Source: Gemmatimonadales bacterium
GTDB lineage: Bacteria > Gemmatimonadota > Gemmatimonadetes > Gemmatimonadales > GWC2-71-9
NCBI GenBank assembly: GCA_965249575.1
Contig: OZ252244.1
Span: 527,127-591,126 of the forward strand
Length of the DNA stretch: 64,000 nucleotides
Reading direction: 5' to 3'
Part shown: positions 1-9,000 of the stretch, in pieces
Position numbering within the stretch: position 1 is the stretch's first letter
How the letters are laid out: each line of letters begins with the position of its first letter
Notes under the pieces: model-generated
Told to the model about the DNA's origin: nothing
What the model saw: the letters and a program-made list of their open reading frames with translations, nothing else
The model's database searches: none
Position numbers and translations under genes: made by a program

Positions 1-2252
1 ATTGCGAACAGTCGCTCGTTGAACGCGGTTTGCGCGATTGGACGCGGCGTTCGCTCCCCCTCAAGGAGCAGGGCCAGGATGTCGGCGTTCCGGCCTTCGA
101 CGTTTCCTTCACGAAGGGCCAGCCATTTCCCGTCGGGGGACCATTCGGTCTGCCAGAGGTCGTGCTCCCGCTGAAGCATCAATCGGGGTGGACCGCTCCC
201 GTCCGCCGGCAGCGAGAACAGACTCTGCAGTGCACCAGTCCGGCTGGAGGAGAACGTGATACGCATTCCGTCGGGGGTCCATGTGGGCATTCGGCTGCCG
301 GTTCCCTCGAGGGTGCGCAGCGACAGCGTGCGCTGGTCCATGTCATACACCCAGATGTCTCCCTGAATCCCCACGGCCAGTCGATCTCCGCTGGGGGAGA
401 ACTCCGGGTCTAGAAACGATCGCCTCCCGGCCTCGACAGTCGCTTCAGCGCCGTGGCGATCGACCAGCACCAGCGTCGTGCCCGTCGCCGCGCCTCCAGC
501 CATGTACGCCAGCGAGCCGTTTCGGGATAGCGCAAGTTCCATGGGCCCCCCAGCACCGTTGCTGACGCTCTCCAAGAGTGGAATGGCTTGGCCGGTCACG
601 GCGAGGTTGCTGAGATCGAACGGCACGGCCACAACCGAGCCGTCCGACCGAACATAGAGGAGGTGTCCGGTGTCGATATAGTGTGGATTCGTCCCCACCT
701 CCGGGAGGTGGGCCACTCGTCCCGACGTTAGCGAGACGACCGCAAGATGTGCGTCCGTGAGGCTTCCGGACCAAGCAGTGAAGACCACGGCGTTACCGCC
801 TGGTAGGATCTCCGGCCACCTGTGACGAGTTTCTCCTTGGGCGGTGTCCGGCACCGTGATCGCTTGAGGTATTCCCCCAGCAGCCGAAACCCGCATGAGA
901 CCCCCTCGGCTCCCGGCACTCCGAGCGAACACAATGACGTCGTCCGGTCCCCAGCTTGCACCGTTGCCGGACCACTCCGAAATAACCAACGACGGTCCGC
1001 CAGCGGAGGCCACTTTTCTCAGTTGTCCGTTGGCCCCAAATCCCAGCCATTGCCCATCTGGCGAGAAGAACGGTTGGGAGGCACCCTCGGTGCCGGGAAT
1101 CGGTCGGGCTTCGAGTTCGTCGATGCCGCGAACGTACAATTGTGGACCATTCTCACCTTGGGCGAGGTACACGAGACGCGAGCCATCGGGAGCGAGGGCG
1201 ATGTCCACCCCATTCGGGTTCAGGAATTCCCGGCCCGCAGGCGGTATCACGGCGAAGCGTGCCGGCCCGGGCGAGGTCACGGGAGCCGGGCGTAGCCAGC
1301 CCCAGAGGGCAACGGTTGCCAGCACCGCGGCGAGCCCCAAGGCTGCAACGGAAACCCGCTTCCACGGACCCGACGGCATAGCCACTCCTGCCACTGCCTG
1401 CGTCGTCGGCAGCGTGAACGCCGGATTCGCCAGTGCCTCGGCAAACTGCGTGGTACGCTGGAACCGATCGGCCGGGAGCTTCTCCAGCGCCTTCGCGGTC
1501 GCGGCCGCCACGTTGGGCGGCACCGACTTCCGCAACTCCGTCACCGGCCGCGCCTCGTCCGTCACGATCTTCATGATGATCGCCTGCGCCGACGCCCCCG
1601 TGTGCGGCGGCTCGCCGGTCAGCATCTCGTACAGCACGCAGCCCAACGAGTAGACGTCCGAGCGGTGGGTGAGGTCTTTCTCGGCGGTCGCCTGTTCGGG
1701 AGACATGTAGTGCGGCGTGCCGAGGGAGAGTCCGGTCTCGGTCATGCGCCCGCCGGCGGCCGCGCTCACCGCCAAGGCAATCCCGAAGTCGGCCACCATG
1801 GGACGCTCATCGTGGAGCAAGATGTTCTCGGGTTTGATGTCGCGATGGATCACGTTGTGGCGGTGCGCGTAGTCCAGGGCATCTGCGACTTCGGTCGTGA
1901 TCTTCACCGCCTCCTCGATGCCCAGCTGGGTCTCGCGATTCAGCTTGTCCCGCAGCGATTCGCCCTCAATGAAGGGCATGACGTAATAAAGGAAGGAGTC
2001 GGCCTGGCCGGAATCAAACAGCGCGAGGATGTGGGGATGCTGCAGGTTGGCGGTGACCTTGATCTCCTGCAGGAAGCGGTCGGCACCGAGGACGGCGGCG
2101 AGTTCGGGACGCAGCACTTTGACCGCCACCTTGCGATGGTGCTTGAGGTCCTCGGCGAGGTAGACCGTGGCCATCCCACCCGCACCGAGCTCACGCTCGA
2201 TGCGGTAGCGGTCAGCGAGGGCGGCGGTGAGGCGGGTGAGTTGGTCCGTCAC
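1..2252 (-). CDS. Ser/Thr protein kinase fused to TolB/WD40-like beta-propeller repeats (kinase a; 3' end lies beyond the window edge)
   Basis: The minus frame is open from the window edge up to GTG at 2252. It is absent from the ORF track because there is no stop inside the window. My translation reads VTDQLTRLTAALADRYRIERELGAGGMATVYLAEDLKHHRKVAVKVLRPE..ALDYAHRHNVIHRDIKPENI..DFGIA..GTPHYMSPEQ. A hydrophobic stretch follows, then repeated propeller motifs (ALAPDGSRLVYLAQ, FFSPDGQWLGF, EFSPSGDRLAV, TWTPDGMRITF, EWSPDGKWLAL). Confidence 0.9.
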   Translation of the reverse strand, partial: MTDQLTRLTAALADRYRIERELGAGGMATVYLAEDLKHHRKVAVKVLRPELAAVLGADRFLQEIKVTANLQHPHILALFDSGQADSFLYYVMPFIEGESLRDKLNRETQLGIEEAVKITTEVADALDYAHRHNVIHRDIKPENILLHDERPMVADFGIALAVSAAAGGRMTETGLSLGTPHYMSPEQATAEKDLTHRSDVYSLGCVLYEMLTGEPPHTGASAQAIIMKIVTDEARPVTELRKSVPPNVAAATAKALEKLPADRFQRTTQFAEALANPAFTLPTTQAVAGVAMPSGPWKRVSVAALGLAAVLATVALWGWLRPAPVTSPGPARFAVIPPAGREFLNPNGVDIALAPDGSRLVYLAQGENGPQLYVRGIDELEARPIPGTEGASQPFFSPDGQWLGFGANGQLRKVASAGGPSLVISEWSGNGASWGPDDVIVFARSAGSRGGLMRVSAAGGIPQAITVPDTAQGETRHRWPEILPGGNAVVFTAWSGSLTDAHLAVVSLTSGRVAHLPEVGTNPHYIDTGHLLYVRSDGSVVAVPFDLSNLAVTGQAIPLLESVSNGAGGPMELALSRNGSLAYMAGGAATGTTLVLVDRHGAEATVEAGRRSFLDPEFSPSGDRLAVGIQGDIWVYDMDQRTLSLRTLEGTGSRMPTWTPDGMRITFSSSRTGALQSLFSLPADGSGPPRLMLQREHDLWQTEWSPDGKWLALREGNVEGRNADILALLLEGERTPRPIAQTAFNERLFA

Positions 2253-2913
2253 GGGGTTCCTGGTTCCCCCATCCTCCGCCGCACTTCCTCGAACCAGTTC
2301 ACGACGTACGTCAACTGCCTGCGCCCACCAGCGTCCTGTCTTCTCGTTCTCATCAGCAAGCCCCCGCCCTCAGGTGCTCGGGGGAACAAACTGCTTGGCG
2401 AGAACGAGGCTGCTATTATCGCACGAATCAAGGCGAATCTTCTTGACCGCTTCGTAGGCGGGATCGGTGTACCAACCTAGAGCAGCCTCTGCTGACTTGA
2501 ACCTCAACACCACGTAAACGCTGCGCTTCTCGCCTTCAAGGGGTTGGGCATCGTACTCGGCGGCAAGGATCTCCGCTCCGTGCTTCTGCAATAGCGGTAC
2601 CACCCCAGGCACGTAGCCTTCATACACCTTGGGGTCAACGATGTCATAACTGGCGATGATGTAGGCGGTCATAGCATGCTCCTTTTGTCGAACACATTGA
2701 TTCCATGAGGCCAGAGCGTCCACCCGACGCAGGCTGGCAGAACGTTCTCGAGGGGCGGCCAGTTAGAGTCGCAGCACTCTTGACGGCCACCTTCCGCTTG
2801 TGCTTCAAGTCCTCGGCGAGGTAGACGGTGGCCATTCCGCCAGCACCGAGCTCGCGCTCGATGCGATAGCGGTCGGCCAGGGCAGACGTGAGACGGGTGA
2901 GGAGATCAGACAG
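2253..2913 (-). pseudogene. Remnant of a tandem kinase gene (kinase b): only the N-terminal ~46 codons and C-terminal ~38 codons survive, with the interior replaced by a DUF1330 gene
   Basis: Minus strand 2775-2913 reads LSDLLTRLTSALADRYRIERELGAGGMATVYLAEDLKHKRKVAVK. This is colinear with the starts of the kinases at 5582 and 11418, but has CTG where they have GTG, and the homology stops at ~2775. Minus strand 2253-~2369 reads GGLLMRTRRQDAGGRRQLTYVVNWFEEVRRRMGEPGTP*, the tail type of propeller kinases. Its TGA overlaps the GTG start of kinase a (GTGA). Confidence 0.75.
2370..2672 (-). CDS. DUF1330 family protein
   Basis: MTAYIIASYDIVDPKVYEGYVPGVVPLLQKHGAEILAAEYDAQPLEGEKRSVYVVLRFKSAEAALGWYTDPAYEAVKKIR.. 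The ATG at 2672 is preceded by AAAGGAG. The track ORF start at 2723 is probably too far upstream. Confidence 0.8.
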   Translation of the reverse strand: MTAYIIASYDIVDPKVYEGYVPGVVPLLQKHGAEILAAEYDAQPLEGEKRSVYVVLRFKSAEAALGWYTDPAYEAVKKIRLDSCDNSSLVLAKQFVPPST

Positions 2914-2930
2914 GCACTAGCTCAGGGCAC

Positions 2931-5582
2931 CTAGTTCTCGCCCGCCACGAGCTGCTGAAATCGTGGATCATCGCGTAGCGGATCCCAGACGGGATCGATT
3001 CTGAGCATCGGCACGGAAGTGTTTGAGGGGACCGCCAACAAACTTTCGAGTCGGTCAATGGCAGCATCGTACTCGCCGACCATGGCGTAGATACGCGCCA
3101 AGTCCTCCACTCGCCAGGCACCGCGCCACGCTTCTTTGCTCATCGGAAGTAACTGAATGGCCAGCTCGCCTTCGCGGACCGCATCGTCCTTGCGACCGAG
3201 ACCGGCATAGGCGATGCCGAGAGCGGAGTGCAACCGCTCGTCATCGGGACGCTCTTTAATCTCGGACTCTAGAATGCTGCGCGTCGAATCGTAATAGGCT
3301 CGCTCACGCTGCGGGTGCCCCATGAGTCCATAGATCTTGGCATGGAGTTGAGATTTGAGCACGTAGAACAATCCGTCTTCGAAAACGTCTGCCGCACTGG
3401 AAGCCAGCTTGTCCAGCGCCTCCTCATGGTCACCGTCCAACACATCGGTCAGCACCGACACGTACGTGACCCACTGATGTTCTCGGAGGCCAGAGCGCTC
3501 GGCCTCCTCCAGTACTGCGCGAGCCCTCTCCGTATTGCCTTCCAAACGGAGGTTCAAAAAATGCACCTTATCCGCGTACGGGCCGGTCGAATCCGGAACC
3601 AAGGAAATAGCTCGTTCAAATTGGCGGACTGCCCCCACAGCGTCGCGCAAAAGCGCGAACGTTTGCGAAAGGTTAAGAGCCATGTTCGCAGAACGCGGGT
3701 CGAGCTCTGCGGCTCTGACGAAATGTGGCAGTGCGTCAAGCATGTTCCCCTGCCGTCGTTGGACGGACCCGATCCCGGCCCAAAGCTCTGCGTTGTTCGG
3801 CTCGCTTGCTTGGGCGATGGCGAATTCGGCTAGAGCACGATCATACTCCAGATAACCCCAGTAGTGGTAGAATCCCAAGGCTCGATGGGCTGCGGCAGAT
3901 CGGGATCAAGCCGCAAGGCCTCGTCCACCGCTTGCTTGGCCATCGGCCGACGCTGTTGGGTTCGGTCATAGAAGAACCACCACATTCCCGAATGAGCCCA
4001 AGAGAGTTTCGCGTAGGCCACCGCGAACTCCGGGTCCAACTCGACGGCCTTCTGGTACATTTGGATGGCAATCTGCCAGTCCTGTTGTTCAACGCTTCGT
4101 CCGGAGTAATCATTTCCGCGCAAGAAGTAGTCGTACGCCTCCTGGTTGTCGGTGGGCTGCGCGGCCAGGCGTCGGCGTTCGGGCTCGAGCAGCGTGACGT
4201 CCAGCTCCTGTGCGACCTGCTCGGCGATGTCCGCCTGAACGCGGAAGATGTCCCCGGCTACCAGGGCGGCGGTGTATCGATCCGTCCAGAGATGGGCGTC
4301 GTCGGAGACGCGAATGAGCTGGGGTGTCACCCGGACCTGACCCGAGCCATCCGGTGATCGGTCAGTGCGTATCGTACCCTCCAGCACGTACTCAACGCTC
4401 AGTTCTTCCCCGATCTGCTGGAGCGTCTTGTCCGAGCCCTTGTATTGCGTCGCGCTCTGCCGTGAGATGACTCGCAATCCGCTGATCTCAGCGATCCGGC
4501 TGGTGACTTCCTCGCTGATGCCGTCAGCGAAGTAGTCGTCCTCTGGCGTGCCGAGATTCTCGAATGGTAAGACAACCACCCTCGGAACGTCGGCCGCCGC
4601 TGTGGTTCCGCGTTGGCCGGAGTTACCGATGAACCACGCCGCGGCCACGATGAGAATGACCCCGGCAGCTCCGAAAGCAGGAACGCGGAAGCGTCGCATC
4701 GATTTCGTCGGGGACGCCGGAACGGATTGAGTGTCCGTGGGCGTCATCCCCACGCTCGGAGTCGCCAGCGCCTCGAGCTGTGGCGACAACTCGTCCGCAC
4801 TCTGCCAGCGGTCGGCCGGCTTCTTGGCTAGGCACTTCATCACCACGGCTTCCAACTCCGCCGAGACCTGGTCCCGGTGCCTGCTGACCGGCTCCACCTG
4901 CTCTGTGACATGAGCAGCCCGTATTGATTGCGGCGTCGTGCCCGTGAACGGTGTTCTCCCAGCGAGTAGCTCGTAGGCCATCGCACCCACCGCATAGATA
5001 TCTGCACGGTGGTCGATGTGCGGATCCGCCGTGGCCTGCTCTGGGGCCATGTAGGCCGGCGTGCCGAGGGCGACGCCCGCGGCCGGTGGCTTCGCTGACC
5101 GCCTTGGCTACGCCAAAGTCGGTCACCATGGCGTGACGCCCCGCAAGCATGACGTTGTCAGGCTTGATGTCCCGATGCACCACGCCCTGCGAGTGGGCGA
5201 ACGCCAAGGCATCCACCACTTCGCGGACGATCCGCACCGTTTCAGTGATGGGTAATTCCCTCTCGTGCTGCAACCGCTCCCGGAGGGTATCACCTTTGAT
5301 GTAGGGCATGACGTAATACAGGAACCCGTCGGCCTCCCCGGAGTCGTGTAGCGGTAGGATATGCGGATGCGTCAGGTTGGCCGCAATCTTGATCTCGCGG
5401 AGGAATCGCTCGGGGCCGAGCGCCGCCGCCAGCTCCGGCCGTAGTACCTTGACAGCAACCTTGCGATCGTGCTTGAGGTCGTGGGCGAGATAAACTGTGG
5501 CCATCCCACCAGCGCCAAGCTCCCGCTGAATGCGGTAGCGGTCGGCTAATGCTGTTGTGAGACGGTCGAGGAGGTCCGACAC
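2931..5582 (-). pseudogene. Ser/Thr kinase - TM - VLPFENLG module - TPR protein (kinase c), broken by two frame changes
   Basis: Track ORFs 4623-5582, 3830-5050 and 2931-3878 are colinear pieces of one protein built like the intact gene at 9001-11418. The start is GTG at 5582 (MSDLLDRLTTALADRYRIQRELGAGGMATVY..HRDIKPDNVML..DFGVAKA). Frame change 1 lies at ~5063-5085 in a CGCGGGCG run, after which GTPAYMAPEQ..VVVLPFENLGTPEDDYFADG..TPR follows. Frame change 2 lies at ~3885-3895: the sequence is CAGCCCAT, whereas CAGGCCCAT would read ..DLPQAHRALGFYHYWGY. The gene ends DPRFQQLVAGEN*. Confidence 0.8.
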
Positions 5583-5862
5583 CGCACCACGCTTGTCGGT
5601 GACCTGACTACGATACGGCGGAGGGGATCAGGCGGCCAGGGTGGGATGCGGTTTCATCCCTGCGCCACGAGTCCGGCCGTGGCACCACTCTCCACTCGCC
5701 AATCCTCGGGCGCCGGCTCAGCCGAACGGAGCCCGGCCTGAACCCCCACTCCGCGCAGGAACCCGCTACGGCCGGCGCGACCTCGATTTCACCCTCTCCC
5801 TGCCGGCACCCATCATGACCCATGCGTTGCGCTGCCGGGCAGAGGAGAACCAGATTGTGCAT

Positions 5863-6010
5863 ATGCCAGCACCGCATCGATCAGCACGGTCGGGGATGTG
5901 CTCGCGTTGCCGGAGGCCGGCCTGCGTCACGAGTGGGATGGCGAGCACGTCGTGACGCTAGCGCCGCGCGCCGATCGTCAACGCGTGGTTGGTCGTCTGT
6001 GGCCGCATGG
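5863..6010 (+). pseudogene. 5' remnant of a Uma2-family endonuclease gene (paralog of 11607-12146)
   Basis: Nucleotide-level colinearity with 11655-11800. ATGCCAGCACCGCA.. is shared, then after a frame slip the sequence reads SISTVGDVLALPEAGLRHEWDGEHVVTLAPRADRQRVVGRLW, matching TIEELLALPEDGLRHELLDGKHVVTPAPSVDHQRVVGRLL. Homology ends at ~6005, where the cupin gene begins. Confidence 0.7.
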
Positions 6011-6019
6011 GGGGGGTGA

Positions 6020-6457
6020 ATGACTGATCGGATTCCTGCGGTTGTCCAGCCCGGTGACCAGCGAACAACGTGGCGTGGCGCTGGCGACGAATACCGCGTC
6101 CTCGCATCAGGCGATGACACCGCCGGGGATTATTTCGTGATGGAGGGCATCGTGCCTCCAGGTGGTGGCCCACCGCCGCACATTCAGACCCGAGAAGAAG
6201 AGGCGTTCTACGTGCTGGAGGGTGAGGTTGTCTTTCGGGCTGCCGGCGAGCGCATCCTCGGCCGCCCGGGCACCTACCTCAACATTCCACGCGGCGTTGC
6301 GCATCACTTCAAGAACGAATCGGCCACGACCGCGCGGCTCCTCATCTTCTTTGCGCCAGCGGGCATTGAGCCCATGATGGAGAGGATGGCGGCTGACCCA
6401 GACAACTACATTGGAATCGGGAAGGAATACGGCGTCGAGTTTGTCGATCGTGCCTAG
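6020..6457 (+). CDS. Cupin domain protein
   Basis: 145 aa. Contains ..GDYFVMEGIVPPGGGPPPHIQTREEEAFYVLEGEVVFRAAGE..YLNIPRGVAHHFKN.., the two-motif cupin signature. The ATG is preceded by a G8 run. Confidence 0.8.
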   Translation: MTDRIPAVVQPGDQRTTWRGAGDEYRVLASGDDTAGDYFVMEGIVPPGGGPPPHIQTREEEAFYVLEGEVVFRAAGERILGRPGTYLNIPRGVAHHFKNESATTARLLIFFAPAGIEPMMERMAADPDNYIGIGKEYGVEFVDRA

Positions 6458-6582
6458 GGGGAGAAAGTCACTCAGTCGCTGCGCCCTCTCGAACTCACGA
6501 CGACGATCTCGCCCTCACTGACTTCCTGTTCCGCCCTGCGCCCCGTTCTCTGCCGACCGGAGAGGGCGTAAACGAGAGCAAG

Positions 6583-8909
6583 TTACCCTCCGACCTCCTC
6601 CGGCAGGTTCATCCGCCGCAGCATCTCTCCGAATCGCGGATCAGCCTTGAGCGCCGCCGAGAACGGAGCAACGGCGAGATAGACCATGTCGTGGTCGCGC
6701 TGGTCATATGCGCGCTCGAGCCACTCGAATGCCCGATCGGTTTCTCCTGCCATGTCGAACATCACCACGACCAGCATCGGTTTGACGAACATCCTGGCAG
6801 CGCGCCTGCCGAGGATGTCCGCCGCAGCGAGCGCCGCATCTCGGTAGCTCCCCCCACCGTACCCCTGGTCGATTGCGCCCATCACCTCCGGGTCTCGCAA
6901 TAGCTCAAAGAACGTTCGGGCCTGCGCCATTGCTTCCTCGGCCAGGCCCTGCCTATTGAGGGCTCCCGCTAAAGCGTAGCGCGAGAGCGAGAGGTTCGGT
7001 GCCATGTCTATCGTCTGCCTTAGTTGCGTAGCGCCATCGTCAATCCGTCCGGCGAAGACCATCTGGATGCCGCTCAGGGCATGGATAAAGGGGTTGTACG
7101 GATCGATCTCGAGCGCATGCTGCACGTGCGGGGTCGCCTCCTCAGTCCGCCCGAGAGCCGTGAGAGAGTGTCCGAAGAGAACGCTCGTGAGCTGATCGTT
7201 CGAGTCGAGCTCGATTGACCGACGGAACGCCGCCTCGGCCGGCCCCCATTCCCAGTCGTACCATGCGCGACCCTGCGCCAGCTGGGACCAGCCCTCCACA
7301 AGCGTGCTGTCTAGCTCGACGGCCCGCTCGGCAGCAGCGATCAACGAGGGGCCGGCTTCGTGTGGCGGGGAGAGACCGATCACCAACCGTCCGCCCCAGA
7401 CCCGACCGATGCCAGCGTGGGCCGGGGCATAGCTGACATCGTGCTCGAGGGTCCGGTTGAAGTACTGCAACGCGATCCCAAGGTCTTGCGGTGTATTTCG
7501 ATCGGCGTGGAAAACGCCGCGCATGTACGCCTCGTACGCCCGGGGATCGATTTGCGGCACCGTTGTGGGGCGCCCCTCTGCCTGCGGAAGCGCCAGCTGC
7601 ATCTCACCGACGATCGCCTCCGCGACATCGCGATACAGAACGAATACGTTCTGCAGATCGGCGTCGTAGGATCTGGACCAGATGTATTCCTCGGTCTCGC
7701 CGTCGAACAAGCGTACCTGGATCCCCACACTGTCGCCCACGCGAAAGGCCGATCCCTCCACGAGAGCGTCCACGCCGAGCTCGCTGGCGATCTCGCGACC
7801 CGGTTTGTCGGTGGTCGAGTACCGCATCACCGATGGGCGGGCGATTACGGTGAGCCCCGCTTGGGTGAGTTGTGAGATCACCGCCTCGTGCATTCCCTGC
7901 ACGAGATACTCCTGGTCAGGATCGTTCATGAGATTACCGAAGGGCAATACCGCCAACCGGTTGATCGCAGGATCGCCGCCCTGGGTGTAGCCCCACAAAC
8001 CCGCCACCACCAACAGGACGGCCACTCCAGCAACCGCGGGCCGGCGCCACCTTCTCGGTCCCACCCGCGCCACGACCGTCCCCGACGTCAACACGTCGGC
8101 AAGGGTGCGCGCTGACGGAAACCGATCGGCCGGGCTCTTGGCCAGCGCCCGCTCCACCGCCCGCCCCACGAACACCGGGATCGTAGGATCACGCGCGCGA
8201 AGCCCCGGCACCGTATCCACCGCGTGTTTCGCTAGCAGCGCCTGGGCCGTCGTCCCCTCGAACGGTGCGTGGCCCGCCACCATTTCGTACACGACGCAGC
8301 CCAGGGCATAGACGTCGCTCCGCGCGTCGACGTCCTCCGATCCCACAGCCTGCTCCGGACTCATGTAGGCTGGCGTACCGAGCGCCAATCCGGTCCCGGT
8401 CAAGCGCTCGCCGCCCGCGGCTTGGACGGCGCGCGCGATCCGAAATCCGCCACGATCGCCTGATCGTCCGCGAGCAGAATGTTCTCCGGCTTGACGTCTC
8501 GATGGACCACGCCCCGCTCGTGCGCGTAACTCAAGGCCGACGCTATGTGATCGGTGATGCGTATCCCGTCTTCCAGCGTGAGCTTTCCCTCCCGGTCCAG
8601 CCGCTCCCGCAGCGACTCCCCTTCGATATACGGCATGACGTAATAGAGGAATCCGTCCGCGTCGCCGGAGTCGTGAAGTGTCAGTATGTGGGGATGTGTC
8701 AACTGCGCCGCGATCTCGATCTCGCGAACGAACCGCTCGGGGCCGAGCGCGGCTGCCAACTCCGGCCGCAATACCTTCACAGCCACCATGCGATGATGCT
8801 TGAGATCCTCGGCGAGATACACGGTCGCCATGCCCCCCGCGCCGAGCTCCCGCTCGATGCGGTAGCGGTCGGCAAGGGCGGTGGTGAGCCGGGCGGGCTG
8901 ATCCGTCAC
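6583..8909 (-). pseudogene. Ser/Thr kinase - TM - LPFGNL module - TPR protein (kinase d), split by one frame change after the DFG motif
   Basis: Track ORFs 8400-8936 and 6583-8403 form one gene. ..IVADFG then (I)ARAVQAAGGERLTGTGLALGTPAYMSPEQ reads through if GGATC at ~8437-8441 were GGAATC. The likely start is GTG at 8909 (VTDQPARLTTALADRY), in the same context GGAGCAGGAACGCC-GTG-ACG-GA as kinase a. Confidence 0.8.
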
Positions 8910-9000
8910 GGCGTTCCTGCTCCCCCCGTGAGCCACCGTAACTCCTCGAAGCAGCTCACAACCCTAGTTCCATCCCTTCGCCTTCACCCGGCGAGGGTCA

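Noticed and set aside
1602-2480. 292-aa plus-strand ORF, and similar long ORFs at 8265-9491 (+), 10268-10819 (+), 40872-41465 (-) and 41303-41935 (-), all antisense to kinase genes
   Set aside because: These are shadow frames of high-GC coding sequence. They are Arg/Gly/Pro/Ala-rich, have no recognisable domains, and fully overlap ORFs with unmistakable kinase motifs on the other strand.
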